A stretch of 64,000 nucleotides of DNA from Eledone cirrhosa. Lineage: Eukaryota. Location: positions 15,376,001 through 15,440,000 of the forward strand of contig OZ024743.1 of assembly GCA_964016885.1 (NCBI GenBank), read 5' to 3'. Within the stretch, counting starts at the first letter, position 1. The number at the start of each line of letters is the position of its first letter. The notes beneath the pieces are model-generated. The model was not told the origin of the DNA and ran no database searches. It worked only from the letters and a program-made list of their open reading frames with translations. A program made the position numbers and the translations under genes. Positions 13,533 through 27,729 of the stretch are shown here, piece by piece.

Positions 13533-15215
13533 GAAAGGTATAGAAAACACTGCAGCGAAAAGCGAACCGCATTCCATAGTATATAAGTGACTATAGTGTC
13601 AAAATGGGAAAAATAGTTAACGTAAGATGTGGGAAAAATAATTTAAACTCATCTTAAAGAGAATCAGGATATAAATTCATCCACAGAATTTAGTGAAATC
13701 CAGGGAAAAACCAATAGAGCCATAACTCATGATAAAATAAAGTTCAAGATACCTATCCTTCAATTTGGAAAAACTTCAAATGCTCTGTATAGTCGTAAGA
13801 CTATTTCATGAAAACTTTCAGCGGAGATGGTCACGGTTGGAATTCATCATCAGCAGAGCTCAACTCGATAACCAGGATTCTCGCAGATTAATATACCAAA
13901 ATGGAATTCTAAAGCTGGCCAGTCCAACATCATGCGTGATGACGAAAAACGCACACGAGGAAAAAAAGGCTATTGACGTCAGAAAGAGACGAAAGTTTGT
14001 TTACAAGAAACAACAGTCAAAAACATTCCGAAAAAAACTCTACAGTAAGGAGTTCAGCAAAATGCAATATTATCGCAGTTTTTTATAAAAAAAAACCCTG
14101 GATTAGTCACAAATAATTTAAGCACTCGAGGAAAAATCCGAGTATAAATATATAAATGAAAGGTATAGAAAACACTGCAGCGAAAAGCGAACAGCATTCC
14201 ATAGTATATAAGTGACTATAGCGTCAATATGGGAAACATAGTTAACGTAAGATGTGGGAAAAATAATTTAAACTCATCTTAAAGAGAATCAGGATATAAA
14301 TTCATCCACAGAATTTAGTAAAATCCAGGGAAAAATCAATAGAGCCTTAACTCATGATAAAATAAAGTTCAAGATACCTATCCTTCAATTTGGAAAAACT
14401 TCAAATGCTCTGTATAGTCGTAAGACTATTTCATGAAAACTTTCAGCGGAGATGGTCACGGTTGGAATTCATCATCAGCAGAGCTCAACTCGATAACCAG
14501 GATTCTCGCAGATTAATATACCAAAAAGGGAATTCTAAAGCTGGCCAGTCCAACATCATGCGTGATCACGAAAAACGCACACGAGGAAAAAATGGTTACT
14601 GACGTCAGAATGAGACGAAAGTTTGTTTACAAGAAACAACAGTCAAAACATTCCGAAATAACTCTACAGTATGGAGTTCAGCAAAATGAAATATTATCGC
14701 AGTTTTTTATTAAAAAAAAACGCGATTGGTCACAAATAATTTAAGCACTCGAGGAAAAATCCGAGTATAAATATATAAGTGAAAGGTATAGAAAACACTG
14801 CAGCGAAAAGCGAACAGCATTCCATAGTATATAAGTGACTATAGCGTCAAAATGGGGAAAATAGTTAATGTAAGATGTGGGAAAAATAATTTAAACTCAT
14901 CTTAAAGAGAATCTGGATATAAATTCATCCACAGAATTTAGTGAAATCCAGGGAAAAATCAATAGAGCCTTAACTCATGATAAAATAAAGTTCAAGATAC
15001 CTATCCTTCAATTTGGAAAAACTTCAAATGCTCTCTATAGTCGTAAGACTATTTCATGAAAACCTTCAGCGGAGATGGTCACGGTTGGAATTCATCATCA
15101 GCAGAGCTCAACTCGATAACCAGGATTCTCGCAGATTAATATACCAAAAAGGGAATTCTAAAGCTGGCCAGTCCAACATCATGCGTGATCACGAAAAAGG
15201 CACACGAGGAAAAAA
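13529..15215 (-). repeat. Tandem array of ~624-bp non-coding unit (~2.7 copies), one hammerhead per unit
   Basis: Equivalent positions recur at 13765/14390/15013; flanked by (TA)n; homologous to 29863-32068. Confidence 0.92.
13782..13859 (-). ncRNA. Type I hammerhead ribozyme (also 14407-14484, 15030-15107)
   Basis: gctctg-CTGATGA-tgaa...ttcat-GAAA-tagtc ttac gacta-TA-cagagc: three stems and an intact core. Confidence 0.88.
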
Positions 15216-15220
15216 TATAG

Positions 15221-15285
<65 letters not shown>

Positions 15286-15299
15286 GGGGCGGGTGTAGA

Positions 15300-15600
15300 A
15301 GTTGTATTTAATTTGTTGGAAGTCCGACAAACATAAATGTTTATAACCGATTTAGAGCACTCAACAGTTTACTGGAGTAAATATTCAATGATATTAAATA
15401 AATGGAAACTATATTTATAAAACCATATTTATGTTGTTATATATATTTCAAGGGCAATCAAGACACCATTGGTGCGCTTTCATCAGATAAAATACAAAGT
15501 TTGTTTTATAAATATAGGCGTACCCATGAAAATCATACCTTATCGGTTGGAAATTCACCGGATAGTGGAAACATATTAGCGATTATTCAAACTTATGTGT
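15300..15600 (-). mobile_element. PLE terminal (pLTR-like) fragment with hammerhead motif; relatives at 22630-22865, 32260-32670, 33840-34250
   Basis: ttttat-CTGATGA-aagcgcacc...gccctt-GAAA-tatata-TA, with shared flanks among copies. Confidence 0.65.
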
Positions 15601-16827
15601 GAATATGCAGATGAATGTGTGAAAAATTGAAAAAACAGCCGTTTATTTAAATGACACTGGAGAAAGATATGGAAGAAAGAGAGAGAAAAAATGCGAGAGA
15701 GAAAAGATATTAATATTACGAGATAGATAGAGAGAGAAGAAATTTACAAGAGGATAAATAGAACTCATGTAACGTAAATATGGGGGACTAAATGTAAAGT
15801 ATATATCTACTAATGATATGTATATTTACTATTATTTAGTTGTTAGAATTCTTTTCTAATATAATATTTACTTGTAATTGGAAAAATAAATAGATATACA
15901 TAGAAAAATTAATATATATAAAAATTAGATAGAAAAATATATATAGAAATTAGATAGAAAAATATATGGAATAATAAATAAATATAAAGTAGGTAAATAG
16001 AAGAATAAATAGATAGAAAAATAGATAGATAGAAAAATAAATAGAAAAATAAATAGAAAAATAAAAGAATAAATCAATAAATAGATAAATATATAAATAG
16101 ATAGATATATGGATAGATGGGTATATCGTGTTATAGATGGGTATAATGAGTTATGAGGGATATTGGTTTATATTTAATGTAAGTAATTAAGTTAACTGAG
16201 TTAATAAGAATATTTATATATATATATATTAACTGTTTAATTTAATTAGACAATTATATTGATTGATTAATTGTTTATGTTTGTTTGATAACTTCTGGTT
16301 GAGTGCTTAATTCGGTTTGTCTAAGGGAATTTAATTCCTTTGTCCCAAATTTCCCTTTGGGAAAACCACGTATCTATAGCGAAAATTACTGCTAGAAAAT
16401 ACACCCGCCGAGGCTATAGAACGCAAGAATTGTTGACGAAGTAAATCCTTTGTTCTGTCGTCAAAGGCCATTAACTTGCAGACCTCTGCAAGCGGAATTT
16501 GTCGATCTCAGATTTACAGTAACCTAGCGTGGATGTTGTATGTTACATGTGATGTATATTGTATGCTATACGTTATGCGTTATGTGTTGCATTCGATGTC
16601 CAGACGATGGTCCAGGTCAGTCAAAATCTTTTCCTGAGTTCAGTTTTTTTCGTTGCTATGGCAATGCGGCCAGACTCTCGGTCGCTATATTCGATTTGCA
16701 AAGCTGTCTAAAGGTATTGTTATAACTATGGGGTAATATTCTCCATCGAGTGCTAAGCTGCATTCCGAATCTGCATTCGTTAGCTTGGCCGCAGCCAAAA
16801 GCTTCGTTGATGCTGTACTAAAATTTC

Positions 16828-16877
<50 letters not shown>

Positions 16878-16899
16878 GTATAACAATCAATACAATATA

Positions 16900-16977
16900 A
16901 TTACCGTATTACCAGAGGTTTCCCGAATGAGGCGAATATGAAAGAAACGTCTTCATTCGTTCGTCAGACGAGGCAAT
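16900..16977 (-). ncRNA. Type I hammerhead ribozyme in PLE 3' end
   Basis: attgcctcgt-CTGACGA-a cgaatga...tcattcg g-GAAA-cc tct gg-TA-at(a/g)(c/a)ggtaat. Confidence 0.85.
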
Positions 16978-17510
16978 ATAAAACATGGGTAAATACTTGG
17001 AAAGTCTCATCAAGAAAAGCAAAAAAACAAAAAAGATATAGACAAATGAATTAGAATATGAAATATATAATAATCTTTCAAGAAATATAATTAGGTGTGT
17101 GTATATGTATGTATATACGCTCAGAGATGTGCATATATGTGTATGCACATATGTATACGTATAGTGAAAAAGTGTGCGTAAATATATAATTTAGGGCAAA
17201 TGTATCTGTATGTCTGTAATCTACAGACAGAATAGATACATCATAAGAATATGAAGGCACGCGCATAAACACACCTACACACACGTACACTTAGATGCGG
17301 AAGTAAAAGAGGTTAGGGAGTGTAATAATTAAAGGAAAGTATCAATCTCGATATATTTATAAAAATTGAACAATAATTTAGAAAGAAAAAATTAAAGAAA
17401 AGAAGACGAAAAATGTACATACATACACACACACGTATATCTCACAAAAGAAACGCAAAAATATACATGCTTATATACACACGCACACTTACACATCCAT
17501 ACGTTCGATA

Positions 17511-17551
<41 letters not shown>

Positions 17552-17688
17552 TTACACTCACGCATATTGACCTGTTTGCATGCACACGCATAAAAATGAG
17601 TAAGTAAAACAAGGGGGAGAAGAAAAAGGAACAAAACATAAAACCTAGATGTAAAAACACGGATATAAAGACACATACACATACGCAT

Positions 17689-17754
<66 letters not shown>

Positions 17755-18181
17755 GCACGCGCGCGCACATACGTAGTCGCTCATGTACATATATAGAAAG
17801 TATACACACATTAAGGCGTTCAGCCACATTGATACAGGGTGTAAAAAACTTGTGGATAAGTAAGTACAAATATAAAATTGTAAGATTGGCTGCGCAAAAA
17901 TAAAAAAAATTAAATAAAAATGAAAAATATATCTGGATGGAAAACACAAATGACATGTGCAATCAGTTAGTGAACGAAATAGGGAAGTAAAAAATGGAAA
18001 GTGAAAATATTAGGTAAGTGAATCAGAGAATAAAGCGGGGGGGGGGTTATTGGTGGATGTGAAGTAAAAATAAAAAATAAAAAATTAATATAAAAATAAA
18101 AATAAAAATAAATGAAATTAATGATAAGGATAAACATGAAAGTAAGTCAGAAAGGGTAATTAAAAAGAGAATAATAAGAGT

Positions 18182-20321
18182 TTATGGAGGATAAGTATCT
18201 GAAAGTGTGTTAAGTTTATATGAGCTGGATAGCAGGTGCGATTTCATGTGTGGGCAACTGGTGAAAATTTCCGTCTTTGTGTTCAGGCAGGTCTTTGGTG
18301 ATTTTATATTTTGCAACATCCAATATTTTTCATTTATGCAGAGTGTGCATTTTCTTGTTCCTCTAGCATATTCTTTAGATTGGTTCAAAATTGACCAATC
18401 TAATTTATATTGGATGCCTTGGTCTTTCAAATCCCAAATTCTGCTAGCCAGAGCTGTTGTAAATCTTTTTTCTGGATGTCGAAAGGATGCGACATGTGAG
18501 TAATAACCCGTTTTGAATTTGCCTTGCGTCATACCCACATATCGTTCACTGGTGGCTGGATGGTTGTTGCTGATGGTTGTCACTTTAGCCGCATATACAA
18601 TGGCTTTGGTGTTGCATTTACCTTGTAATGGGCATTCACTTTTGATTCTACAGGAGTAAGTTTGATTTTCTCTAGGTGATGTTTTGTTGATGATATAGGA
18701 CTTAATAGGGGGACCGCAGGAATAGCTAATTTTGACACAGTTTCTGTTAAAGATATTATAGTATCTATGTGTTCTAGGGAAATGTTTATCTAGGAGCTCA
18801 AGGAATTGTTTGCCTACATTAGTTTTAACTGCTAGAGAGTAGGGGGGTGTGAACCAGATTATTTTTCTTTTCCTGTTTTTATGTTTAATAGAGTTAGTAT
18901 AGTTGGGTATGTATTTAATCGGTTCGCTAAAACCGCTATTTTGGAGGGCTTTATTATAGTAGGGGGATGCCTTATTAAAAATAGCTTCTGAGGAAGAGAG
19001 GGTGGAGATCCTACGGCTAATATTAGTGATAAGGTTTTTAAAAAACTATAGGTGGATGGCAAGAGCCTTTATTTATATATTTTAAGTTTTCATTAGGTTT
19101 ATGGTATGGTTCATAAGAAGCAGTAGGCAAATCTAGGTTTATATCTAGGAAATCTATGTTGGAAAGGTTAGTGTCAATAGTAATTTTAAGATTAAAACTA
19201 GCGAAGGTTTTTATTAAGTATTTCCTTAATCTATCTAAGTTATGGCCTATGGTGGTATGGGAAAGTATTAGACCATCGTCGCGATAAAGCCCACAAATAT
19301 GGTTAGGAAATTTTTCTTTAAGTGTATGTAGGAGGAATAGGCCGACCAGATCACAAACATCAGCACTGTCGTAAGAGCCCATTGAGACATCGAATGGGTT
19401 CTCTGGGTTAGATATTTTTACCCAAGTGTCATTATCATTAAAAAGTAGAGTGTTTCTAGCGTGCAATATGACATTCTCTTCAATATCGGAGATATTAGTA
19501 AACCCTCTAGCGAAATTTAAAGCTTTCGCTAAAAGGGTCTGAGTGATAGATGGGTAGAAATCTACAATGTCAAATTGGGTGAATCTAGAACTATTTTTGT
19601 TTTTAATATTATTAAACCAATGTACTACGGAAGAGCTATTTATCCATTGGAGTAATTTAGACTTACTTCTAATGTGTGTATTTAATTTATTTAAATTTTG
19701 TTTGCTAGCAAGACCAATATCAGTCTTAGCAGGGTTGATTAATCTACAACTAGGACGATTAATAAAGTCGGGTTTATGATCTTTAAGGGTGATGTACGCA
19801 GAACGTTTAGCAAGTTTTTCTGTCCTATTATCTATTTTTAAAGAAACAGCTAATTCTTTAGCTTCCTTATTTATATTATGGTACGTATTTATATTAGCTA
19901 TTTGGTATTTAGAGGTGATATTATCTATTAATAGTTGGTCGTGTAAATTATTATTCACTTCATATAGGTTTTTAGTTTTATCGGAGAAGATGAACTTATT
20001 ATTAGAAGATTTGAAAGTTGAAATATCATTAGATAGTTTAGATTGAAAAGGGTTAGAGTACTTACGAAAATTGATATTGTTGATTAGGTTAACTAGGTCT
20101 AATTCAAAGGCGGTCATATCTTTTACTCTTTGCGGGTATTTATGAGTTTTGATGTCAAAATATTCCGTAGAATCCGTGTTAAAGTTTCCATCGAGAATCA
20201 AAGCTTTCCATCTCATTCTTTTAACAACCTTCTCTACTTTGTCTATCAGTATTTTCGTGTAGAGAGTGTTAGTAGGTGTTGGGATATTCTTTACAGAGTA
20301 GTCCAAAGGGTATCTATCCAT
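18182..20321 (-). pseudogene. PLE RT-GIY-YIG polyprotein, frameshifted
   Basis: KNIP..RMRWKA N-terminus, FDIVDFYPSI, MGSYDSADVCDLVG, GLYRDDGL, FLDINLDL, YVGMT and CTLC; the frame is broken near 19040. Confidence 0.9.
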
Positions 20322-20621
20322 GTTCAGTATTGGTTTAAAATCCTATGACTGAAGAGTGCTCGACTTTAAAAGGGCTGGAAGGTGCCAATCTCATAAAGAT
20401 GTAGAATATGCTGCGATGATTCCCTTGGGAGCAGTATAAGTATTGAAATTTCCGTTGAAAAAAAATGAAGACGTTTCTTTCGTATTCGCCTCATTCGGGA
20501 AACCTCTGGTAATGAGGTAATTATATTGTATTGATTTTTATACATTAAATTTTGCTCTGATACTTACATAGAGCACTCTTCACTTCTATGACCCTTTCTG
20601 TTTTCAACGGAAATTTCAATA

Positions 20622-20693
<72 letters not shown>

Positions 20694-20695
20694 TT

Positions 20696-20783
<88 letters not shown>

Positions 20784-20789
20784 TATATT

Positions 20790-22630
20790 TCAAATATTTT
20801 AAATTGGGAAGATACGGAAAAAACTCCAGTTTATTTAATAGTTATTATGAGACCATTTTGTCAAAATAAGTTTAAATTTTAAAGATTTAAATGTTGAAAG
20901 ATACATTTAGCCTGAATTAGTTATTCGTTATAAATCTAATAAAGGATATTAAACAATTTTATTAAAAATATTAAAGAATATTAAAAATTCGGGTAAATTA
21001 AAAAAACATTTTTAAATTAAAAAATAATTTTTTTTAATTTAAAAAAAAATGTTTAAATATTAAAAACCCTTAAAAAAATATTTATTTGAGATAACTAGAT
21101 TTTAAAAAAAAAAGTAATTTTTAAAATATATGAAAGATTTAAGAAGTAAAAAATAAAAAATGAAAGATTTAAGAAGTAATAAAATAAAAAATAAAAAATG
21201 AAGAATTAATAAACCTTAAAAAATATAGGATCATATATGTATATAATTTAAGAAATTTTAAGAAGTGAAATTATAGCAAACTATATATTAGTTATTAACA
21301 GTGTGGATAAGATTGTTATAGAAATAAGTAGAAATATTATAATTTATATATAGTTCTAAACGTTGAATTTAGGCGATGTTTACAAGAACTAAATAAATCC
21401 ATTCGTACATTAATAGAGTTCCTACATGTAAGTATGAAGAACATTTCTTCAACACACAATTTGCAAAATCTAGATAAAGCTGTGTTTCAGTAGGTAGGAG
21501 CTTTGAAATGATTTCCCAAGTTAAAGAAGAGTCCGTATTTTTGGATTTTAAGTCCCATATAGGTTTGATAGAGAAGTTGTAGATTTTTTATCAGTTTTTT
21601 TGAACGAGCATTTGTGATTATTCCAACGAGTTTTAAGGTCTGTAGAAGTTGAGCCTACATATTCAAATATATTATCACTGGTTTTGACTGTGCATTTATA
21701 GACCACGTCCTTATCTAAGCACTTATTTTTTAAAGGACAGTTTGATTTCATTCTACAGTTACATTTAGCGAAGTTGATGTTATTCGGAACGGCACTATTA
21801 TGTTGGATATTGCTAGAGATATTACTGCTATTTTGGTTATGGTTTAAATTTCTATTATTGATTCTATTTATATTTTGTGCTATGTTCATAGCAGTAGAGT
21901 AAGATAGTTTTATTGCATGTCTGTTAAATATTGAGTGGTATCCATGGGCTTTAGGAAAACATTTATCTAGTGCTTTAAGGAATAGCTTAGCTAAAGGTGT
22001 TTTAACGGTTAATGAAAATGGAGGTGAATACCAAATTATATTTCTAGTTCTATTTCTTCTGTTAGTTTTAGAGTTTAAGTTAGATTTTTTTATTGTAATT
22101 ATAATTAATAGTAGGCTTATTTGCGTCACTGTTGTCGATGTATTTAATCTTATTTATATAGCCTGCTCTATTTAAAGCTTCATTATAATATTCTGCCTTA
22201 TCGTAAAATATGTTTTTATTAGAGGAGATTCGTGAAATACGTTGTTGGATAGAATTTATAATAGTGTTCTTGATAGATCTAGGATGATTAGAGTTGAAGC
22301 TTACATAGTTTAGATTCTCATTAATGTTATGAAATGGATAGTAGAGCACTGTGTTAATGTTTCATGTTACGTCTAAAAAGTTAACAATTTTATAGTTATT
22401 CTCTATTTCTAACTTAAGATTGTAGCTATTGAAAAATTGTATTATTGATTTTCTTTTTCTATTAATTTCACAATTACTATGATTTTCAATTAAGAGCAGC
22501 ATATCATCACGATATAAATCACCGGTCATCTCTGGTATTTTTCTATGTAGCATATTATTAATAAATATCCCCACAAGAACCGTTATTTACGCCGAGTCTG
22601 ATGATCCCATGGTGATATCAAAATTATTAC
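20790..22630 (-). mobile_element. 5'-truncated, degraded Naiad-type PLE
   Basis: ITMGSSDS, LYRDDMLL, NFLDVT, SNHP, IIWYSPPF, CNCRMKSNCPL and YVGST spread over several frames. Confidence 0.88.
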
Positions 22631-22756
22631 ACATTCATTTGCATATTCACACATAGGTTTGAATAATTCCTAATATGTTTCCACAATCCAGTGAATTTCA
22701 AACCAATAAGGTATGATGTTCATGGGTACGTCTCTATTTATAAAACAAACTTTGTG

Positions 22757-22817
22757 TTTTATCTGATGAAAGCGCACCAATCGTGTCTTGGGTGCCCTTG
22801 AAATATATATGATAAAA
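22757..22817 (+). ncRNA. Minimal hammerhead-like motif (cleavage base mutated to G)
   Basis: ttttat-CTGATGA-aagcgcacc...ggtgccctt-GAAA-tatata-TG-ataaaa. Confidence 0.6.
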
Positions 22818-22858
22818 TAAATATGGTTTTATAAATATAGTTGCCATGTATTTAATAT

Positions 22859-22908
<50 letters not shown>

Positions 22909-23679
22909 GTTATTCCGGGTTATGTAGCTCATCACTGTATTTCTATCTTACACTATAACATGATATCGTTTCTTGGTATTTCACTGCATCTTTTGTGTTT
23001 TCAAAATTGTTCACCTTTTGTCACACGGATTATTGCTGAATATTCCATGTAATGGTTTGTAGAATATAAAGGTGACCTTTCCTTTTTGAGTTATATTGAC
23101 TGTAATTCAATTTAACTATGACTTTAAGCAAACAAATCTTTCGTTAGTGCTATTGCTAAGGAGAAAGATTATACGTGAACCTTCGCTCTTTCAAATTACC
23201 AGCCAAATATTCATCCAAATACATACAAGAGTTTAGATAATAAGAGAAAACAATCGATATTGTACTCCAATATTAAAAGGGGATTTATAATGGATGGAAC
23301 GCATTTGATTAAAGGCATATGATAGTAGATTGATTCGTGGCAATGCAAGAGACAAATATCATTAGCAAAACTAAACGATGTCCTTTGTATAGAAACATGC
23401 AGTGAGTATGGTAGAGAAAATGATCTTGATCTCTCTTTTTATCTATCCAGTAAGCATTCCTTGTCCACTATAACGTACAGGCTCCCATATGTTTTAAAAC
23501 TATTAACACAATTCAAACTATTATCAATTGAAATATAAATATCCTTATTTTCATAAATGAAACTCCCCAACTAACAAAAGAAAAAAATGAAGATTTATCA
23601 GAGTGTATCATACGATATATCGGATAATGGATAATGATGAAATAACACAATATACATAAGGAGATGGAAAGATAAACGG

Positions 23680-23711
<32 letters not shown>

Positions 23712-23747
23712 ATATATGTATGTATATATATATATATATATATATAT

Positions 23748-23937
23748 AACGAAGGAAATGTGGTAAGGAACCAGGTGGACCATAACGCACCAAAGTACTC
23801 AATACTTGAGGTAGTAGAGTGGGTAATAGGAACCAGTAAGACCCCGACAGCTGAGCTCAAGCCGTTTCGACGGCTAATTCTGGACCAGAATTAGCCGTCG
23901 AAACGGCTTGAGCTCAGCTGTCGGGGTCTTACTGGTT

Positions 23938-23940
<3 letters not shown>
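23748..23940. mobile_element. ~190-bp fold-back element (copy 1 of 3)
   Basis: Palindrome with ~55-60-bp arms centred near 23884 plus a one-sided extension, TA-flanked; matches 39348-39539 and 49983-50156. Confidence 0.9.
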
Positions 23941-24034
<94 letters not shown>

Positions 24035-24316
24035 GTACGTGTATGTGGAAAGAGAGATAGAAAAAAGTAAGATACAAGCTGATAGACAGATGGATAGATA
24101 GGCGGACATATCAATTTCCGAGTGCTCTAAATATTATTGGTTGAGTTATGTTTGAATATTCCAATGCCAATACCAATATAGGAAGCTTGTCAGCCTACCA
24201 ACACGTTTTACTTATTTTTGTTATAAAGCGTCCAGACATTTGAAATATGACCATGAAGACACATGTCTGAACTACAATAGATGAGGAACAAACAAGTTTT
24301 ACATATGTGTATTAAA

Positions 24317-24408
<92 letters not shown>

Positions 24409-25749
24409 AAGGGAGAGTGGGAGAGGGGAGATGGGGAACGTATTTTGATAATCATCTTCAACACACTAGATACCTGGTTCTTGATATATTGGTGGGTGCA
24501 GAGAAGAGTTTGCTATAAGTTGTCAATCAATCTGATCGTGAAAGTACAGGGTATCAATGTAGTAACTTGCTAGCCTACATTTGAAGTCTGTCAGCAGAAA
24601 ACAAAGTTGTTATTGATTGGGTCTATATTTAGTAGTGATGCTTCCTATTCTCCCATGGAGTATGTATTTCTGTGCACCATACACAGATACGTACGCAGAA
24701 ACCCAACATCCGTAATGAGATAATCTATGTTTAAGTGCTCCGTTATATATTATATATATATATATATATATACATACATATATATATGTGTGTGTGTGTG
24801 TGTGTTCGTGTGTGTGTGTCTGTGTGTCTGTCTTTCTGTATGTATGTGTGTATGTCTGTAAGTATATAATTTATATGTGCATTGTGTAAATATAGTTATA
24901 TTTAATATAAAACATAGAATGCTCGAAATGCTGAGGTGTTATGAAATTCATGATAAATATAAAACATTCAGGTGCATAAGTAACTGTATCTAAAGTCGGT
25001 AGTTTTAAATGATAGCTTAGAAAATCGGGTAAGATTCTAAAATGGATGGGACAAACTGGCCGATTCGTAATGAACAGATTTAATCAAAGAGAAAGAAAAT
25101 GAAGGAAAATAAAAATAAAATGAGACAGAAAACAGGGAAGGTTACGGGTGAAAATGCCTTTTCTTTCAATTCATTCCCTTTGAATATATCCTTCCATTAC
25201 CCTTTCTACCTACACTGAAGCCATATACAATTTATCCTTTCGTTACCTATCTTTCTCTGTTTGTATATATATATATATATATATATATACTCCAGGGAAT
25301 CTCCTACATACATAGTGAATGCAACCCCATAGTACAATCTAGTGTCTCGGATTATTTGGTATCATTTTGACTAACAGTTACTGGTCGGTTTCTATCATCT
25401 CAGTAAAATCTATTCATTTAGCCAGTTGGTCCGATGAGAACGGTCAAATATATATTGGAAATATGTTTATAATGTAAGGTTATGTGACAGCAAATGAATT
25501 ATATATGTGATATTTAGAGTAAATCTACTAACTCGTATTCAAACAAAGGTGATTGGAGTGTCGATATTATTTTCCATCTGGACTACGAGTATACCTGTAA
25601 TGTGGCTATTCACAATATCTTTCTTACAGTGAAATTCTCCTGTTTTTAAATTCTACAATTTCGATGATAAACAAGACCATTCTCCTGCGCTGAATGTCTC
25701 ACAATAAACAAGAATTTGTCTCAGCAGGACAAACACTTCAGTTGAAACG

Positions 25750-25895
25750 TCACTGAACAGCTGCGGAAATAGTACGAAGAGTGTATTGAACTCAACGCTA
25801 ATATTGCCGGAAAATGAATATCGAAATAAAATTATGCGTTGTTATGTTTTCTTGGTAATAAGCTGCGCTGATAACTTTTGAAAAACTCTCATATA
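25750..25895 (+). mobile_element. Degraded Tc1/mariner 3' remnant
   Basis: Translates QLRK*YEECIELNANIAGK*, resembling the mariner C-terminal RWQKCIELNGDYVEK, then a TIR-like aacttttgaaaaactctcaTA. Confidence 0.45.
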
Positions 25896-25904
25896 TGCAT
25901 AAAA

Positions 25905-26549
<645 letters not shown>

Positions 26550-26949
26550 TATATGTGTGTATAGGTGTAAATGTATATATTGTATTATTTGTAAATGAAA
26601 TGGGAACAGTAGAATTCACTTAATAATATATAGTCACAAAAACACAGAAAATACGTTATTACTCCCTATATAAATATATTACTGTCAAAGATATGTGGAA
26701 ACAATCTTGACATATTAAAAATGTTAGTAAATTTGAAATGACAAGCTAATCTACATATATATAAATGACTTAATTCAAGTCAGTATTTGTGTCTATATGA
26801 AAATGGGTTTAAACAAACACGCACATAGACAAACAATATTATGAAATATGCACACACACCCCTCATCACACACACACATACACACACACACACACATATG
26901 TATATATATATATATATATTTAGAATGTAGACAAGTGATACACCAGTTG

Positions 26950-27470
26950 ATATACATAGTAGTAAATAAGAAAAAATCAGTAGAAAAGGGGAAAGGGATG
27001 AGCTCTCAGAATTGCAGCAAAACATTTATGTACGAAATGGGAAATGCCGCGCTATTTGTAACGGTTTCAGGTTGCAGGCTTCTTCATGCGACGGAAGTGT
27101 CTAATGCAATTAAATTGTATATTAATAAGAACAATAGGAATATGAGAATAAATTCTTTTTTACATACATATATGTGTCACCATTAATAGTGACATAGCTA
27201 AAGTCAATGCCAAGAGAGAAAGAAAGAAAATTACAGACAAAATTGTGAACTTTTCCCTATATATATGTATATATATTTCCCCATATTGTTATTGTTCTTA
27301 TTAATATGCAATTCAATTGCATTATACTCTTCCACCGCATGAGAAGCATACAAGCTGAAACCGGTACACAAGATGCGGACTTTCCTATTTTGTAAATAAA
27401 TATTTTGCATTTATTCTGAGAGAAAATGCCTTTAGCATTTTCTACTGTTTCCTTTTTCTTTGTTACTGTT
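26950..27470. mobile_element. Older diverged inverted pair with degenerate hammerhead cores
   Basis: 27020-27165 is the reverse complement of 27280-27420; core aTGAAGA-agc..ct-GAAA-ccgg-TA. Confidence 0.55.
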
Positions 27471-27691
27471 ATATATATATATATATATATGTGTATGTGT
27501 GTTTATGTGTTTATGTGTGTGTATGTGTGTGCGTGTATGTATGTGTGTGTATGTGTGTATGTGTATATGTATGTGTACGTGTATGTGTGGGTACGTGCAG
27601 ATATGTATGCAAGTATAGATGGAATGATTATGTGAACCCTACTGCATGTATAAATTGTATTTTCTTATATTAATGAATGCAATGCATATAC

Positions 27692-27726
<35 letters not shown>

Positions 27727-27729
<3 letters not shown>

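Larger units (their letters stand above)
16875..20624 (-). mobile_element. Near full-length Naiad-type PLE with terminal hammerhead and inverted pLTR plus tail
   Basis: RT ORF 19038-20321, GIY-YIG ORF 18182-18583, inverted terminal copy at 20466-20547 with a tail to 20624, and TA flanks. Confidence 0.92.

Noticed and set aside
13765-15336. Repeated MEKLQML... ORFs (and MLCIVLK... at 30899-31815)
   Set aside because: They are antisense to the ribozyme and frameshift differently between copies.
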